NCBI GenBank assembly: GCA_003427395.1
Contig: BFEA01000041.1
Coordinates: forward strand, 376,143 to 440,142
Source of the DNA: Chara braunii
Lineage: Eukaryota > Plantae > Charophyceae
Direction: 5' to 3'
DNA length: 64,000 nt
The notes beneath the pieces were generated by a model that was given only the letters and a program-made list of their open reading frames with translations, was not told where the DNA came from and did not search any database. Position 1 is the first letter of the stretch, and every line of letters begins with the position of its first letter. Positions 12,920-26,823 of this stretch are shown here, one piece after another. Made by a program: the position numbers and the translations under genes.

Positions 12920-12922
<3 letters not shown>

Positions 12923-13807
12923 CAAACAGAAAAAGAAGAAAGGCTGATGTGCAAGCAAAAATCACATCTAAAGCGAGAGAAGGAGAACAAACGCACCAAC
13001 GTTTTTTGGTGGCATCAACTGAAAACAGATGATACCCTCTTTTTTTTTCTTTTTTCTTTTCCTTTGGGCAAGTATGACAAGTTTTATGTCGTCCCTCATT
13101 GAGTACGCTCCAAAAGACAGGTAATGACTGTGCTCATATTTATATTTATTATATCCAATAAAACCTCCCTCTCAGTCACCCTGACTTTCTCCATGCTGCA
13201 GTGTATTCGTCTTAATCCATTCGTCATCAACATATGTTCTAAAATTGACTGATAAAATACCCTCTACTGCCCACCCGCCCCTCTCCCACCCCACCGGCCC
13301 CCCCGCGCCCCTCTCCCACCCTGCCCCCCCCCTCCCCCTTATAAGCCCTACATTGCATCACCCCCTCTATACTCTGCATGAATCTCATAAAGATGGTCTT
13401 ATCGTACCACTCGATCGCTTCACACGTCCCTCTTTTCATGATGGCCTTTCACATTACCACAGACAAAACCATCGTCCACGAGAACGACTGTCTGCCGTCT
13501 GTTTACAAACGGCTCGTATCTCCTGGAGTCCTCGCCAGTTTTGACTTGAAACTTGCATCCCAAACCCCCCCTCATGCCTTCAAATATACCTCGAGTCCAC
13601 ACTTATATAATTATTATCTTCCACCCTCGACTCCCAACTTACACTTGTACCCTCGACTCCCAACTTACACTTGTGTGCTCCGCACTCCAGCATCTACACC
13701 TTCCTTACCTGTCCATATTATCCAAAACAAAATGATAACCTTCTGCATGTCTGCAGCCCTGCATCCCAACTTCCATGCTGGGAATATCTTCTGTGAGAGT
13801 TGACATG

Positions 13808-14260
13808 TGGCCCCCTCGTCACCACCACGGCCTCCCACGTCGCCCCCTCGTCACCACGTCGGCCTTCACATATCCTCCAAATCGCCCCCTTGTCACCACC
13901 ACGGCCTCCCACGTCGCCACCACTTCTTCTCCACCCTGCTGGGCATTCTTGCACCTATACTCGCTTGCGAGAACATAACCCACCCCTACAACACACCCTT
14001 ATTGCCATCCCCCTCTCCACCCATGCTGCTGACCCCTTCCCTCCCCTCCCCCCCCCGACCCTCCCCCTCGACAAGTGGGACGATAATAAGCAAGGAGGCA
14101 GTCTGACCCTCCAAATCGTCCCCTCGTCACCACCATTGCCTCCCACGTCGCCACCCCTTCTTCACCACCCTGCTGGGCATTCTTGCACCTATACTCGCTT
14201 ACGATGACATAACCCACCCCTACAACACACCCATGTTGCCATCCCCCTCTCTCCAGCCCT
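13808..14260. repeat. C-rich tandem duplication (~240-bp period)
   Basis: cctcccacgtcgccacc.cttctt..accctgctgggcattcttgcacctatactcgctt...acataacccacccctacaacacac at about 13905 and 14139. Confidence 0.85.
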
Positions 14261-16535
14261 GCTGCTGAAGGATATGCCAAGATGGCACAAAGAGCATGGG
14301 AACAGCCAATCGCAAAGGCAGAAGCCATGTGTCTCGAAGACTGTCCTCCAGAAAGTAAACAAGGAGCTTGTACAAAGGATCATTCGCATAAAGGAAATGA
14401 AGCTTGAGAAGTTCAGGCAAGCAGCAAACAGACGGAGGAGGGACGTTCGGTAGAGGACACCTCCACATGGCCTGTGAGTTGCCCGAACCGTGAACGAAAC
14501 AAGAATGCCGACAAGAAGAGGACCTGCCATCAGATCCAGAATCAAGAGGATCTCCCTCTTTGACAAACGGAGACAGCTACCAACTGCTCCTCCACCTTCC
14601 ATGAATTCCAATTGTCATATAATCATCATCCCGCACAAATTTCACATTACTGCGCTTTTACACCAACCACCCCCATTGCTGCCTCCATCTCTCAAACCGA
14701 CGCTGCCTTCTTCACACACACGACTGCATTCAGCGCCACAAGCGTGATGTTGCTCCGAAGATAGCTCCCCGCATAATAGCTCATCGGACGTAGCTGCAAC
14801 CGTTCGTTAATTCTGTAAAGCAACGAAACGACCAGTTGTTCAAGAAACATCTCAGCAGGATGTCCGTGTTTTTTACGTATTCGCACCACCTTGTCAATCC
14901 TTTCCATAGATTAGTACCAGACAGAATCCATACACAAGCATCACATCCTTCATCCTGCCATCATCCTCCACATCAACCACATTACACTGTTTCTGCACAT
15001 CCTTCATACTGCCATGATAACTAACTCCCACCCCCTTGCTCGTTCCATCACTCCCTCCCCGTATGATCGCCCCCTTGTGATCACCCCCTCCCCGTATGAT
15101 CGCCCCCTTCCCAGTTTGGTCAACACACTATCAATCACTTACACATTGTCTGCGCTCTTCACTTGATGAACACGACGACCCGGGAACCAACAAGAAGGGA
15201 ATGTAAGGAAGGATGGCCAACATACGTGCGCATTCTCAGTCAAATTACAAAAGGCTACAGTGAAAAAATGAAGTCCAAATAATTGAGAATCCGCATCCGT
15301 AAGGCTCCCCATTTCATCCGACAGGTGCCAAGTTCAAATCTGGAATAAGAAAGCCGCCGTACCCACAGGGTATCACCCCCCCCCCCCTTCTAGCAAGGTA
15401 TCAGACACGCTCTCCCCCGCTGGCAAGGTATCAGACACCTGGTTGGTACATTACAAAAGCAGAGCAGTCGCCAAACTGCCAACCCCTTCGGAAACACCAA
15501 TTCACATTTACCAAGGGCGACCCGAGTCGAGAAGAACCCGCTGTCCAAAGAGACACTATATTTGAAGGAAATAAGTGTACACAGAATACAAGGGGGGAAT
15601 GCTGGATACACATACATGCCTCCAATGGTGGATCTGTGATGCTGGTGAACAAGCGACAGCAGACATGGAGGCGGCTGAAGAACTTGAATAGTATCACGAT
15701 AAATTCTTTTATTGCAGAATAGAAGGGGGAAATGCTGGGTACACATACATCCATACATGACCCACCGGCTTCAGCAGAATAGAACCACCAGTCATTATTG
15801 CTGCATCCCGACTGAAATTGCCCCAAATACGCTTATAATTTAGGTGAAGTTGGTCGCAGACAGGGAACCGGCAATTGGTGGGTGCAGAGGCGAAGCAAAC
15901 CACTAGAAGAATTGACAACCAATCACGCAAACCCCTCCAGATACAGGGGGTAGAGAAACGAGGAGGCTGGTGTATAATAATAGAGAGGCTATTAATTCCC
16001 CCCCAACCCCCATCTGATCCCTCTTTATCCATCACATCCCCAACCAGAAACGCGATGGCCAACTGACACGCCCCTCTCCTTTTTCACGTCTTCTCAACCG
16101 GCGCACCTCTCATCATGTTCGTGTTATGTCAAATCTTTTTTTTTGATTGACGATCGTGATAGTTGTCAGACCAGTGCATCACCGACCATGCATTCCACAG
16201 ATCGCGTCACCTTTGCAAGATACGACGGCATTCTACCCCCACATGACCCACTCCTGTTTCGTCCACCCAGAAAGTGTCGTACCCTTCACGGCAGGCAAGA
16301 AGAATAGCCTACCTGATTTCAGAGATGTTGCTGGCAGGTCTTCCATTCCAAACCATGTTTCCTCCATCTTGCGCCCAGTAGAATTTCCACACAGTACGCG
16401 CCTTTATACATCAGAGAGAAGACGATATGCCTCACGTCAACATACCACTTCACCACACAACATCAGCCCTTGCTCTCCCTCTCTCTTGCTCCAAGCTTCT
16501 CCTTCCCTCTTCCTCCAAGGAGATGTGTGGTGTTT

Positions 16536-16683
16536 CACTGAAGCAACCTCATTGAGTCGGCCACCTCCCCCACATCATGAAATCCTTTCGTCTGGACGAT
16601 GGCAGACATATCACTGAAGCAACCTCAGTGAGTCGGCCACCTCCCCCACATCATGAAATCCTTTCGTCTGGACGATGGCAGAC
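16536..16683. repeat. Near-perfect ~76-bp tandem duplication
   Basis: tcactgaagcaacctca.tgagtcggccacctcccccacatcatgaaatcctttcgtctggacgatggcagac twice. Confidence 0.92.
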
Positions 16684-17184
16684 TTATGTGCTTGATGTCC
16701 CGAATAGTCCTGGTCTCACCCCTGCCTCCCCGGGTGGGCATATTTCGACCTCTACTTCACATGCACTACCGAACGAGCCAGCCCCACCTCTTCACGTGTA
16801 CTACTATACGGATACAATCCATCCTGTGTGCCCCAGGTCGTCATCGAAAAAGCCCATGCACCGAAGAGTCCCAAAAACCTTTCTTGTACAATTTGCTCGC
16901 GACCTCCCCTCGACTGTTTCAGTGTTTCCAAATCCGAAATTGCAACCGATGCCCCTGTTCCTCTCCGCAGAGACCAATTCCTTCACCGTCTTGGTCCATC
17001 CTTTCTGAGCTTCTCCGTTCCCCTCCAGTAATTTCCACACACACTTGGCAAAAGTCTGAAAGCTTGCACTCATCTTAAGCAATGCAGAGTGACTCCACCC
17101 AGGAAGTGACAAGTGTTGAAGTATGTGCTAGCAGCAGACTCCATCCATATCCGACGACCGCAGCCACCCATCAAAGAACTGCGT

Positions 17185-17208
17185 AGTGTTTTCATAACTG
17201 CTCAAACC

Positions 17209-17242
<34 letters not shown>

Positions 17243-17656
17243 TAATTCCCGAACCTGGCATCTCTTCCACCGACTCCCTGGACTCCCTCCCTCACAGTTT
17301 TACACTTTCCCTGCTCCTCGCTTAGATTCCTGCTCTTCCGCAGCATGTTATTCAGTCGGCGCCAATACCATGACGAGTGTTTTCATAACTGCTCAAGCCT
17401 CCATACCATGACGAGTGTTTTCATAACTGCTCAAACCTGCTGCTGCTGCTGCTGCTGCTGTCGCTGCTGGTTGATTCCCGAACCTGGCATCTCTTCCACC
17501 GGCTCCCTGGACTTCCTCCCTCACAGTTTGACACTTTCCCTGCTCCTCACTTAGATTCACGCTCATCCGCCGCACGTTATTCCGTTGGCACCAATACCAT
17601 GACTTAGATTCCCGCTCTTCCGCCGCACGTTATTCCGTTGGCGCCAACACCATGAC
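17185..17656. repeat. Tandem duplication containing (CTG)n tracts
   Basis: agtgttttcataactgctcaaacc(ctg)n ggtt.attcccgaacctggcatctcttccacc... twice, plus shorter sub-repeats. Confidence 0.9.
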
Positions 17657-20133
17657 AAGCGGAAGACTTATGCAGAATTGAAGGAAACTGTGTCTTCTAT
17701 GTTGCTGAAGCGCTTTCCGAGCTGAAGCACCCAGTGAGTGCCTGAGCTTTCTCGTGTGTGCACATACGTTGCACTGCAGTTCCGTGTGCCACAGACGGCA
17801 TGTGACGATTTGATGTGCTCTGGAAACAGTGGAGGGAGGAGTGGGAGACAGGGATGGACGTGGAGGCCGTTGAAGGGGAAGGAAGAACAAAGAGAACCTG
17901 CAAAATACACCCATCCACCCTATCAAGAGCAGGTGGCAGCCATCCCAAGATCCTAACCGATCGAACTACGACAACCTACACGAACCTCGTGACGTATCAA
18001 GGGCCCCTCGTGAACGTTGCAAATATCGTAACATCCGCACCTCCTCGGGTAAGGTCCATCAGTGCAATGGCATCTTCATTTGTGGCATGAGCATATAAAA
18101 AGTTGCTGCATGCACTGCCAATCACTGAGGACAGAAGAAAAAGATCTGTCTGAAGAAAAGAAAACACAACGGATTAAGCTACACGGACGAGAAAAGAGAG
18201 CGTGCCAGAAAACATCACTGCCGAGAGGCGTCCATAAATCCATCACGTACACACCTTCTGAGACGCGCACAGCCAGTCCAGCAGTGCAATCAATCTTCCA
18301 CAGCATACCTTGCAAAAGGTTCATCCCCCCTGGCAAGGTCCTTGAATCCATTTCAACAAAATGGATACGGAGAACAGAAACAGCATTCAGTTCTCCCGAA
18401 TAACACGGACTCGGAACTTCCACGGTTATTACCACGCTCTACCGGATCCCGAATATTCCACCACCACTTAGATAACCCTACCCCAGGAAGGATCTATACA
18501 TCCCCCGCCTCCCCTCCCCCCTCCCCCCTCCCCCCTCCCCTCCCCTGCCCCCCACATCTGTCCACCACCAACCTAAATAACCCCTCTTCCCTTCCCAGGT
18601 CGCGTTCCACTCTACCCCAACCTTGTATCTTTACAGACCGCAGAATAATAATTTGTATTCGAGTGTCACCGCTAAGATTCACATCGTGGGCAATTTACCA
18701 AGAGAGTGACACGCAAACCTGTGCTCTTGACCAAGAAACGGACGTCAAGGTATATTCCAAATCGGGAAGACTCTACAGATACACTGCTGACTTTATTCGT
18801 GTACAAAAACCTAGCTGTCGTTTCACGAGTGTGTGGAACTTTCGCGCAGTTTCCTCAGAATGCTAGTTGTGGTCCGCCCCTAGCTCACTGCAACTACCTG
18901 GAAAAAAAAAAAAAAAAAAAAAAAAGCGTCAAAACATCATGGGAATAGTACAATCAATGGGCCTATCTCGTACAATACTTCTACCTACCTTAGCTGATCT
19001 GATGGGACACGCATCATTGGAGCCCTCACCATCATGCCACGGCTGGACTACACATTGCTCAAACAGCCCATATGCTTGCGTACCGCTTCTGTTTCAATGG
19101 GCCCATCATCTCCCATAACGAAAAGGCGTACCGGTGAAGACATTCCCAAGCACGTTGGAACTGCACGCCGCACTTTCCCCGCAAGCCAAAATGAGGCTGA
19201 CCTTACGGCAGGGACGCTATGCAGCACTTGGAGAAGTCCAAATGCTTATATGAGCAATGAGATCATAAGAAAATCGGAAAGTCGAGAAGCTAAGAATTTG
19301 TGAGGAGGATGAGCTACAAACACGCCGGGCCCTCACTAAAGCACGAAGGTGACGTATAACGCTGTAATTTCTACTTTCAAAAGTCCCACTATTTTAGGAA
19401 TGTAAAGGATGGCGAATTCTACATATGACAGGAAAGCACATTGCAGTGAAGAGGTGCACGATCACGTGCACACTGTTCGTTTGACCTGGGTGTCTGCGCA
19501 TGCAGATGGGCACGCTTGCATGTGCTCCGATGCACATGCGCATGCGTTTGTGTTCCTCTGACATGGGGGAAGTGGGGCCAAACATAGGTAGGCAGTGTTG
19601 GGCAGAGCACAGAAGAGATCAAGGGACAAGAAAGAAATGCCTAGAACGACCCCACTCAATGAGTGCCGAAAGAATATGGTCGATTGCAAAGGCGCAGACT
19701 AGCCTGAGCATCCTAGGATCCACAAACAACCTAATGACACTGTAGCAATCAGAAAGCAGCGCAAATAGCTTCAGCCGCGTTGTAACCAAAAGAAAATCAT
19801 GTCCTGCCCAAACATATGCTACAGCACAGTGAGAACCAACAAGACAAAGAATCCCAAATGGGGGGGACGGAATGATCCATTTTAAGAAAGTGTTGGCCTC
19901 GTGAAAATGGAAAGAGAAGACCAAAAACGCAGACACTCTAAACTCTATCATTCCTCTGGACACCCCTTCCTTTCCCTCTCCACGTCCGCCCAACCCCTTG
20001 ACAACCCTCGCCCTTCACCCACTCGCCCAGGATTGTCAGTTTTTTTTGTGGAATCGACTCTACAATGGTTGAGGTCCCACAAAGAGTGGACATGCGGACA
20101 TCGTAGTCGATCCAACAGAACAAGGTGGAGGAG

Positions 20134-20447
20134 AGACGGAGATAAAACCAAACAAAGCACAGCAGAATACATGGTCTCTTTCGACAAGATGTACTTCACG
20201 CGATATAATGCTATCGACACCAGAAAAAAGGCGATGAAAAAAGTGAAAAAAACACGAATTATCACGGAGAGCGAGGCAGAGAATGCGGAGACACGGAGAT
20301 AAACCAAACAAAGCGCAGCAGAATACATGGTCGCTTTCAACGAGGTGTATTTTACGCGATAGAATGCCATCGACACCGAAAAAAAAGACGATGGAAAACG
20401 TGAAAAAACACGAATTATCACAGACAGCAAGGCAGAGAATGCGGTAG
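20134..20447. repeat. ~158-bp tandem duplication
   Basis: cggagataaaccaaacaaagc.cagcagaatacatggtc...cacgaattatcac...ggcagagaatgcgg twice. Confidence 0.9.
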
Positions 20448-22531
20448 TCTAAAGACCTAACTGCTGGCCACGGCAAAACCGGTAAGAGAAGTCGTGAGAT
20501 TTTTTGCCCTCAGACAGTAGTCTCCAACCGTGTGTGTATAGATCGGATAGCAAAAGTCAATCCTTGAAGAAATGGAACCTTTTCAGTGTAGACACACGCC
20601 AGAAGGGAACGTTGGAAAAGAAACATCAAGAGGATCGATCATACCATGTATGGACACAGAGAAGAAAAAAAAACAGCGCAAAGGCAGCGGCATCGACACA
20701 TACTGCCTGGAGAATTTGACCAGGAGCTAGAAGACATACACATGCCCAAGCCCGAGACGCATTCATCTTTAACGTCGACAGAGATCACCCATTACAAGAT
20801 GCAACAGCAGAACAAACCTGACCGGTTTAATGTCGGCAGGACTCTGGGAAGAATCTAATCAATCGACATCGGAAAAATTCGGAAATGCCAGTGAAAAGGG
20901 AGAAGGCAAAGCGGTACGGCCGTGAAACAGTGAAAGGAAGAAAAAGAGGGGGTTACCAAGCATTAGACCCGTGTGGGCTGTGCTACACAAGCATTCTCCT
21001 GCTCGTGTGGGCTGTGCTACACAAGCACCCATGCTGCACTGCGTTATAGTAGCGGTAAAAGGGAAGTAGACAGTACGTACACATAGTCAAACTGGAAATT
21101 GGAGTGCCAAACAGGCTTACGGTCACCTAGGTGCAGCCTTATGAAAGGACTGTTGATGACAGTTGGGGAACCATGATGATATATATGCACTAAGAAGACA
21201 CAATCACCCTCGAGGAGGCAGGACATGTTTAAAAGCGAAGCCAGGAAGCCAAATGAGAGCAGAATCCGGACATCACAGCAATAGCAGTCAACGCCCGAAA
21301 TCACCCTTTCACCAATCCCTTTGCGATGGCGCAGAATCACCTGTCAAGACATATTACATTCGGAGAAGACATCAATCGAGCTACAAGAAGATGCTGGCTG
21401 GAAGGCGGTAGAGAAGGATTACAACGGGCAGTCAATTGATCGGTGTCATGATGAAGATTTGTTTCTAGAACTACGGAAGACGGACAAAACGGACAAAGAT
21501 CAACTGTTAACCATCTCAGCATGCTTGTCAGAAGAGTCAAGCAGCCAATGCTATCAGGAGCCCAAAAAGGGGCCGCATGGCCATAGCCTCCTTTAAGAAG
21601 TGCAACTGCCAGGAGCATGCGCGGGCATATTCACCATAGAGTAATCGATAGTCGTTCACATTGCTCACCAGGTGGCAGCCACCAAAAAAAAAAAAAGAAC
21701 AATGATGAATGGCTGAAAAGCAGCCACAAGCTCTGCGGCACAACTACAGCCACAAGCTCCACTACCCACCGCTAGGACACTCTCCAAGACAGGTGATTGA
21801 AAGCCAACGCAACTACCACAGCGTAGTGGAGATCAGACGCCTGCCTAAATACGGTAATCACAGGACTCCGCTCAAAATGTAGACATTATCCACAGTGGGG
21901 AGTGGTGACAGAAAGAACTAAGACCCTCGTGTTCGGCCAGCAACGGCCTCTTTACACTCGGGTAAGCGTATGGGAGCCACAGGTTGCACCCTGCGGCGAG
22001 TTCGTGAGAGAAACTAGCGAAAAATGAAGACTGCGAAGACCTCAGGAACCCTACATAGAAGTCATGAGGACTACGTGGAACTCTGATCAAAGGCTTTGAG
22101 AAAGCAACACACTGAGCTAAGTACGCCGCCTTGGTTTGATTTTCTATGAAATGAAAGAATAGATGCCAAAGAAAAACAGAAGGCAACATAAGACCAGATG
22201 AGAGCAATGCGAGATTACGGCTGTGGAACGCATCAGAGTAAGCCCACCTACCGCATTCCAAATGGAAATCATGCAATCCCCTAAAGAAGGACCACATAAC
22301 AGCAGAGACTTCACTGCGGGCTCGACTCGATAATTCCGCATTCCTTTGGGCTGAGCTAAGTTGCCAACAAATAGTCGAAGCCTGCTCAACAAGTTTCATG
22401 CTCTAACGCTTCTAACCATTCTAGGGCTGCACAGAGAGACACTTCACCGGGACTGATATCCCCCATGAGATGGCACTTCTTCGAGCTGAATTTCTAAGTG
22501 GTTGCGCTCGTGACTTGAGCCAAAGATGACC

Positions 22532-23151
22532 CTATGAGCACGATAACCTACATTCCAGCCCCTTGAGAATCTCATCGCGATTAAAGTGGAAGTTTCTAAA
22601 GCTCAACCCCGGAACCCTCTGCACGATCGACAAGTGCACAGCCGAAGGAGGCTGCGCAGGCTGCACAGGAGAGGACGACTGCAAAGGCTGCACAGGAAAC
22701 ACAGTCGACAAAGGTAGCAAAGACGGGGAAGTACCCATCAACACAGGAGGCAGAGGCTGCACATGTACCAGGGTTTCTGCAGACTGCACAGTCTGGACAG
22801 GTTGCACACACTGCAACGAGTGGATTGGCTGCAAAGAATTGACAGATTGTGTACAGTGCACATGTTGCAAATTGGGCAGAGGCGGCGAAGAGACGACAGG
22901 TTGTGAACTATGCACAGGAGGGGTAGCGTGAACAGGACGCGAGGAGAGTAGAGGAGACGACAAGTGCCCAGACTGCAGAACAGGCTGTGACGAGGGCACA
23001 CATGGTGAGGCCAGCACAGCCTGTGAAGGCTGTGGCGGTTGAGAGCAACGCGCAAGTCCGTTCTTATTCTTTGAGCACGACAGCCTCAGCGGATCCAAAC
23101 GCCGTGGCAATTTTTTAAATGCCTCGACAGCATATCCCGCAGCCGACATTC
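22532..23151 (-). CDS. DCP2: DCP2 terminal coding exon (P/Q/S/V-rich tail and Phe-rich C-terminal motif)
   Basis: tttgcag|GA-MSAAGYAVEAF...VQP repeats...PGLSFRNFHFNRDEILKGLECRLSCS*; in phase with exon 7. Confidence 0.85.
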
Positions 23152-26100
23152 CTGCAAAACAGAGTGCATAAAACACACAAGTGGTTCACATCATCAGCAA
23201 AACCTTCTACTGTGGAACAGAACTGCGGCAAATCGACTCATATAGATCCTTCATTTTTATCATCCTCTCCACGCCTTGAAGTATAGAACCTGGAATCAGA
23301 ATCAGAAAGACCATACAATATGCTGATAAACAGCAAGTCCAAACACTAATATTAAACCACCAGTACCTCCTAAAGTTGTGCCCATTAACACGCCACGATT
23401 TTAGGAAACGTACTACAGGAGCGCCCAAATTCATCCCGCTAGAAACGTTTCTATTCTATTTTTTTTGGCCGGCTGATAGCTGGGCCAAGTACTGGTGGTT
23501 TAAGAGTAGAGGGCACTTACTGTGAAGAATGTTCCGAGCAGCAGCCGGCACCACAACTTCGTCCCTTTCGTGTTCCCAATGAAACTGTCTGCTCCCTATC
23601 CTCTCACATCAAAAGACTTCACTTCTGAAACTCTTTTATTTCGTGAATTAACACATGGAATCAGAATGCCTTCAACAGGCAACTAAAAGTGCAATTTTTT
23701 TACTTTCCGTGGACCGTGTCTCAAGCAATTTGTGCCCGCGAATTAGACGAGTCAGCAACGTTCTGATAGCAGACCAACAACTACTCAGCTCATAATATAG
23801 TTACAGAGAGCGCATCTCGTCAGAACTCGGAGAAAACCATTTCCAAGCTTACAGGGGAGAAATATTACCTGCATAAAACTGAGAAGTATCTTTTGCCTTC
23901 AGAATCCCGTTCCTCTGCTTCGCATAGTTAGCAATCCACGTCCTCAACTTACTGCACAGACAGGTACTCATTGTCAGCCAACAGACACACCATCGCTCTC
24001 CGGCAAACATAGGACACCCCTTGCAACACATCAGTCAGAGCGTTCATACATTGCTCTATATCAACGGTTCACGCCGATTCCTGAGCAGAGCCATACACTA
24101 GAAAATTGTTGCTAGAAACAGCACGTTGGCGCAAACCATCTTGACTGAGACAAGTGATCCTAACCACAACTGCACAATTTTGCCTGCAGAAGTGTCCCTT
24201 GCCTGTGGGACATGATTTTTCAATACGACTTTTCAATATGAGACGTGACTTTTGCTTGCAGAATGCAACTTTTACCTTTGGGATGTGGCTGTTTACCGGG
24301 GGGCGCCTGTTGGACTCGACTCTCCTAAGGTACCCGACTGTGACCTTTCTGATCTGGCCGACTTGGCCTCCCTTCGCTTGAGACCTTAACCCTGAAATTC
24401 GAATTTGGGGTATGCATTCGAATTTGGGGTATGCATGAAATGCCTTTCATCCGTGACAGCCCTACAACACCACCACAAATCAAAAATACACGGCAGGACC
24501 TGCACGCAACACCAAGGGTGCCATGAAACTCCCCCTGCTGTATAACCTGCAGAATCAGATGACATCCTAGTGCTACAGCGAGGCCACTGCGAGTACTATG
24601 CCAAATTCCACAAGATCTCCAACACGACACCAGGCTCGCTACTGCTTAAAACACCCTTGAAGCTTCCCCATTCTTCCATGTGCTCCGAAAGAGCAGCCCG
24701 AGGGAATGACACCCACAGCAAACACTCTCTGAGCCTCCTCGCAAAGATAGCGTGGCCAAAACCCGAAGCATTCATTCCCATCCCAGNAGCCTCCTCGCAA
24801 AGATAGCGTGGCCAAAACCCGAAGCATTCATTCCCATCCCAGAAAAAAAAACTTGTGGCCACGCACAGACATTGCTTCATCGACAAGACAGCTCATGCTG
24901 CAAAGCAGGGCATAGAACTAGGCCATGTATACGAACCTAATCCACCAAAAGACATCCATCCACAGAGAGAGAGTAGCTCACTAGTACGCGCGCAAGTTGC
25001 AGCCATTTTTCTCTCCCCAAAATACTTGTGAGCACTATTCCCACGGAGGTGGACGGCCCTTACATGACTAACAATGTCGGCTGAGAAAACCTAATCAGCC
25101 ACAACCACCACCGAAAGCATAGCAACGCAAAATGATGCCCACGGAGGATAGCCCTTACATGATTGACCGCATCCTCTGAGAGAAACTAATCAGCCACAAC
25201 CACCGCAGAAAGGAATAGCAGAGCAAAATGATTTCTTGCATTCCAAGTATTACACCATCGCACAGGCAATGCATTTTTTCAAGATTTGCATCGGACAACC
25301 GTTCGCAGTAGAAGACAGGCTAGACTCTTCAAAGCGTGAGCGTGCTTCATGATGCAATGTCTTAATCTGACTTGCCCGTGGAATAGGAACCGGACTGACG
25401 CTCCCCAGAATGGAAATGGAGTCAGGGCCACAAGGGGTGGGAAGAAAAAAAAAAAAAAAAAAAAATCTTCACCAGAAACAGGGCTAATAAAGCCATACCT
25501 AATAAAAGGCCAGACCATGAAGTACTTGTTGCCATTCATGGCCCTTGCAGCAGGGGCAGCAACATTGCTAGCAACAGGCAATTCATCTATACGATGCCAT
25601 GAAACCTCCTGCACACAGGGCAACAACAGGAGACAAACTTTAAGTGCCTGCCCACAGAGCACTGAGAGCAGACCGAGCAGACGAAGAAGACGCACCAGGT
25701 CACAAACCCGAATGGCAGTCTAACATCAAAGCCAAGCATGAAAAGCAGCATCCCGTAAGTCTTTGAAGAGTAGTCTACATACTGGACAGAAGACTAGTCT
25801 ACATACTGTACAGAAACGACAACCACAGCTGAAAAAGAAAAAAAGTAATGCAATGCAACCGAAAAACATTCGCTGACATTTAGAGACAATCCTACAGAAC
25901 GCAGCAGCTTACCACCAGTGTGCAGAGTTCTCTTAAACAACAAACAAATGCTACTGCCTAGACGATGGTCCAACCATCAAGAAGAAAGCGATGTAAATGC
26001 ACAGACAAACTGCTTCCCAAGTTACTACGCATGCCGAGAGAGCACAGCACCACAACGCTCAAACTCCTGCACAAGTCCCAAGCCAAGTGAACAGACTAAA

Positions 26101-26791
26101 TCACCAATGTCTGCAACCTCATGGTGTGCAATGAGCTACAGCAGCTCAAAAGCTAACGAATCAGAATATCAGGCATACAACACATAGCAAGCATCAGAGC
26201 CACATTCATTCGTTCCCTCTGTGCATCCCCTGGAGATGAGAGGTAGCACCACTGGATGGAGTACAGAAGCCCACAGAAAAGAGAGAGAGAGAGAGAGGCA
26301 CCATGATTTCATTCATATTGGTATACGATTACTCACAGCAAACAACATTCCAACGACCCGTCCAAAAAACACCAGTGCAGCAGATGCACCTGCTCACACA
26401 TGGCATACTAACTACAAGAAAGGCTGCATAACGTAGGCTGGGTAGATGCAAAGCGGAGTATTGGGAGAGTAGAGACCTCTGAAAAATGTGCACAAACAGA
26501 TATGTCTAAAAGGGATGACAGGACGGTTCATCAACAGTATCACACATACACTGATCTCCTTCTTTGTCTGAGGGGCAAATGATGTTTTCTCGTCCACCCC
26601 CGGTACGATGTACAGCCTTGTCCTTTGCTGCCCGAAAGAAACCTCCAAGTACTCTTCTGGCTTGAGAAGGCCTGATATGTCGAATCCTGTCTCCTCCTCA
26701 ACCTGAGCGAAAAACATTACACCCAGTCAATCTCATGTAAGACTCATTTACAGTCCATAATCAATCAACATATTGAAAAAATTTCCATGGA

Positions 26792-26823
<32 letters not shown>

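Noticed and set aside
21872-22399. 175-aa ORF in the same frame just downstream of the DCP2 stop (possible readthrough or extra exon)
   Set aside because: Several in-frame stops lie between 22531 and 22400, DCP2 already ends in its conserved C-terminal motif, and no domain is recognisable; probably 3' UTR.
22563-22931. Cys-rich plus-strand ORF resembling a metallothionein
   Set aside because: It is the antisense reading of the VQP repeats in the DCP2 terminal exon.
23200-23620. Additional DCP2 exons between exons 7 and 8 (acceptor at about 23290, gtaagt donor at about 23520)
   Set aside because: Candidate exons contain stops or break phase; exon 7 joins exon 8 directly in frame.
24732-24842. 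Perfect ~55-bp tandem duplication
   Set aside because: The two copies are separated by a single n, typical of a contig-overlap scaffolding artefact.
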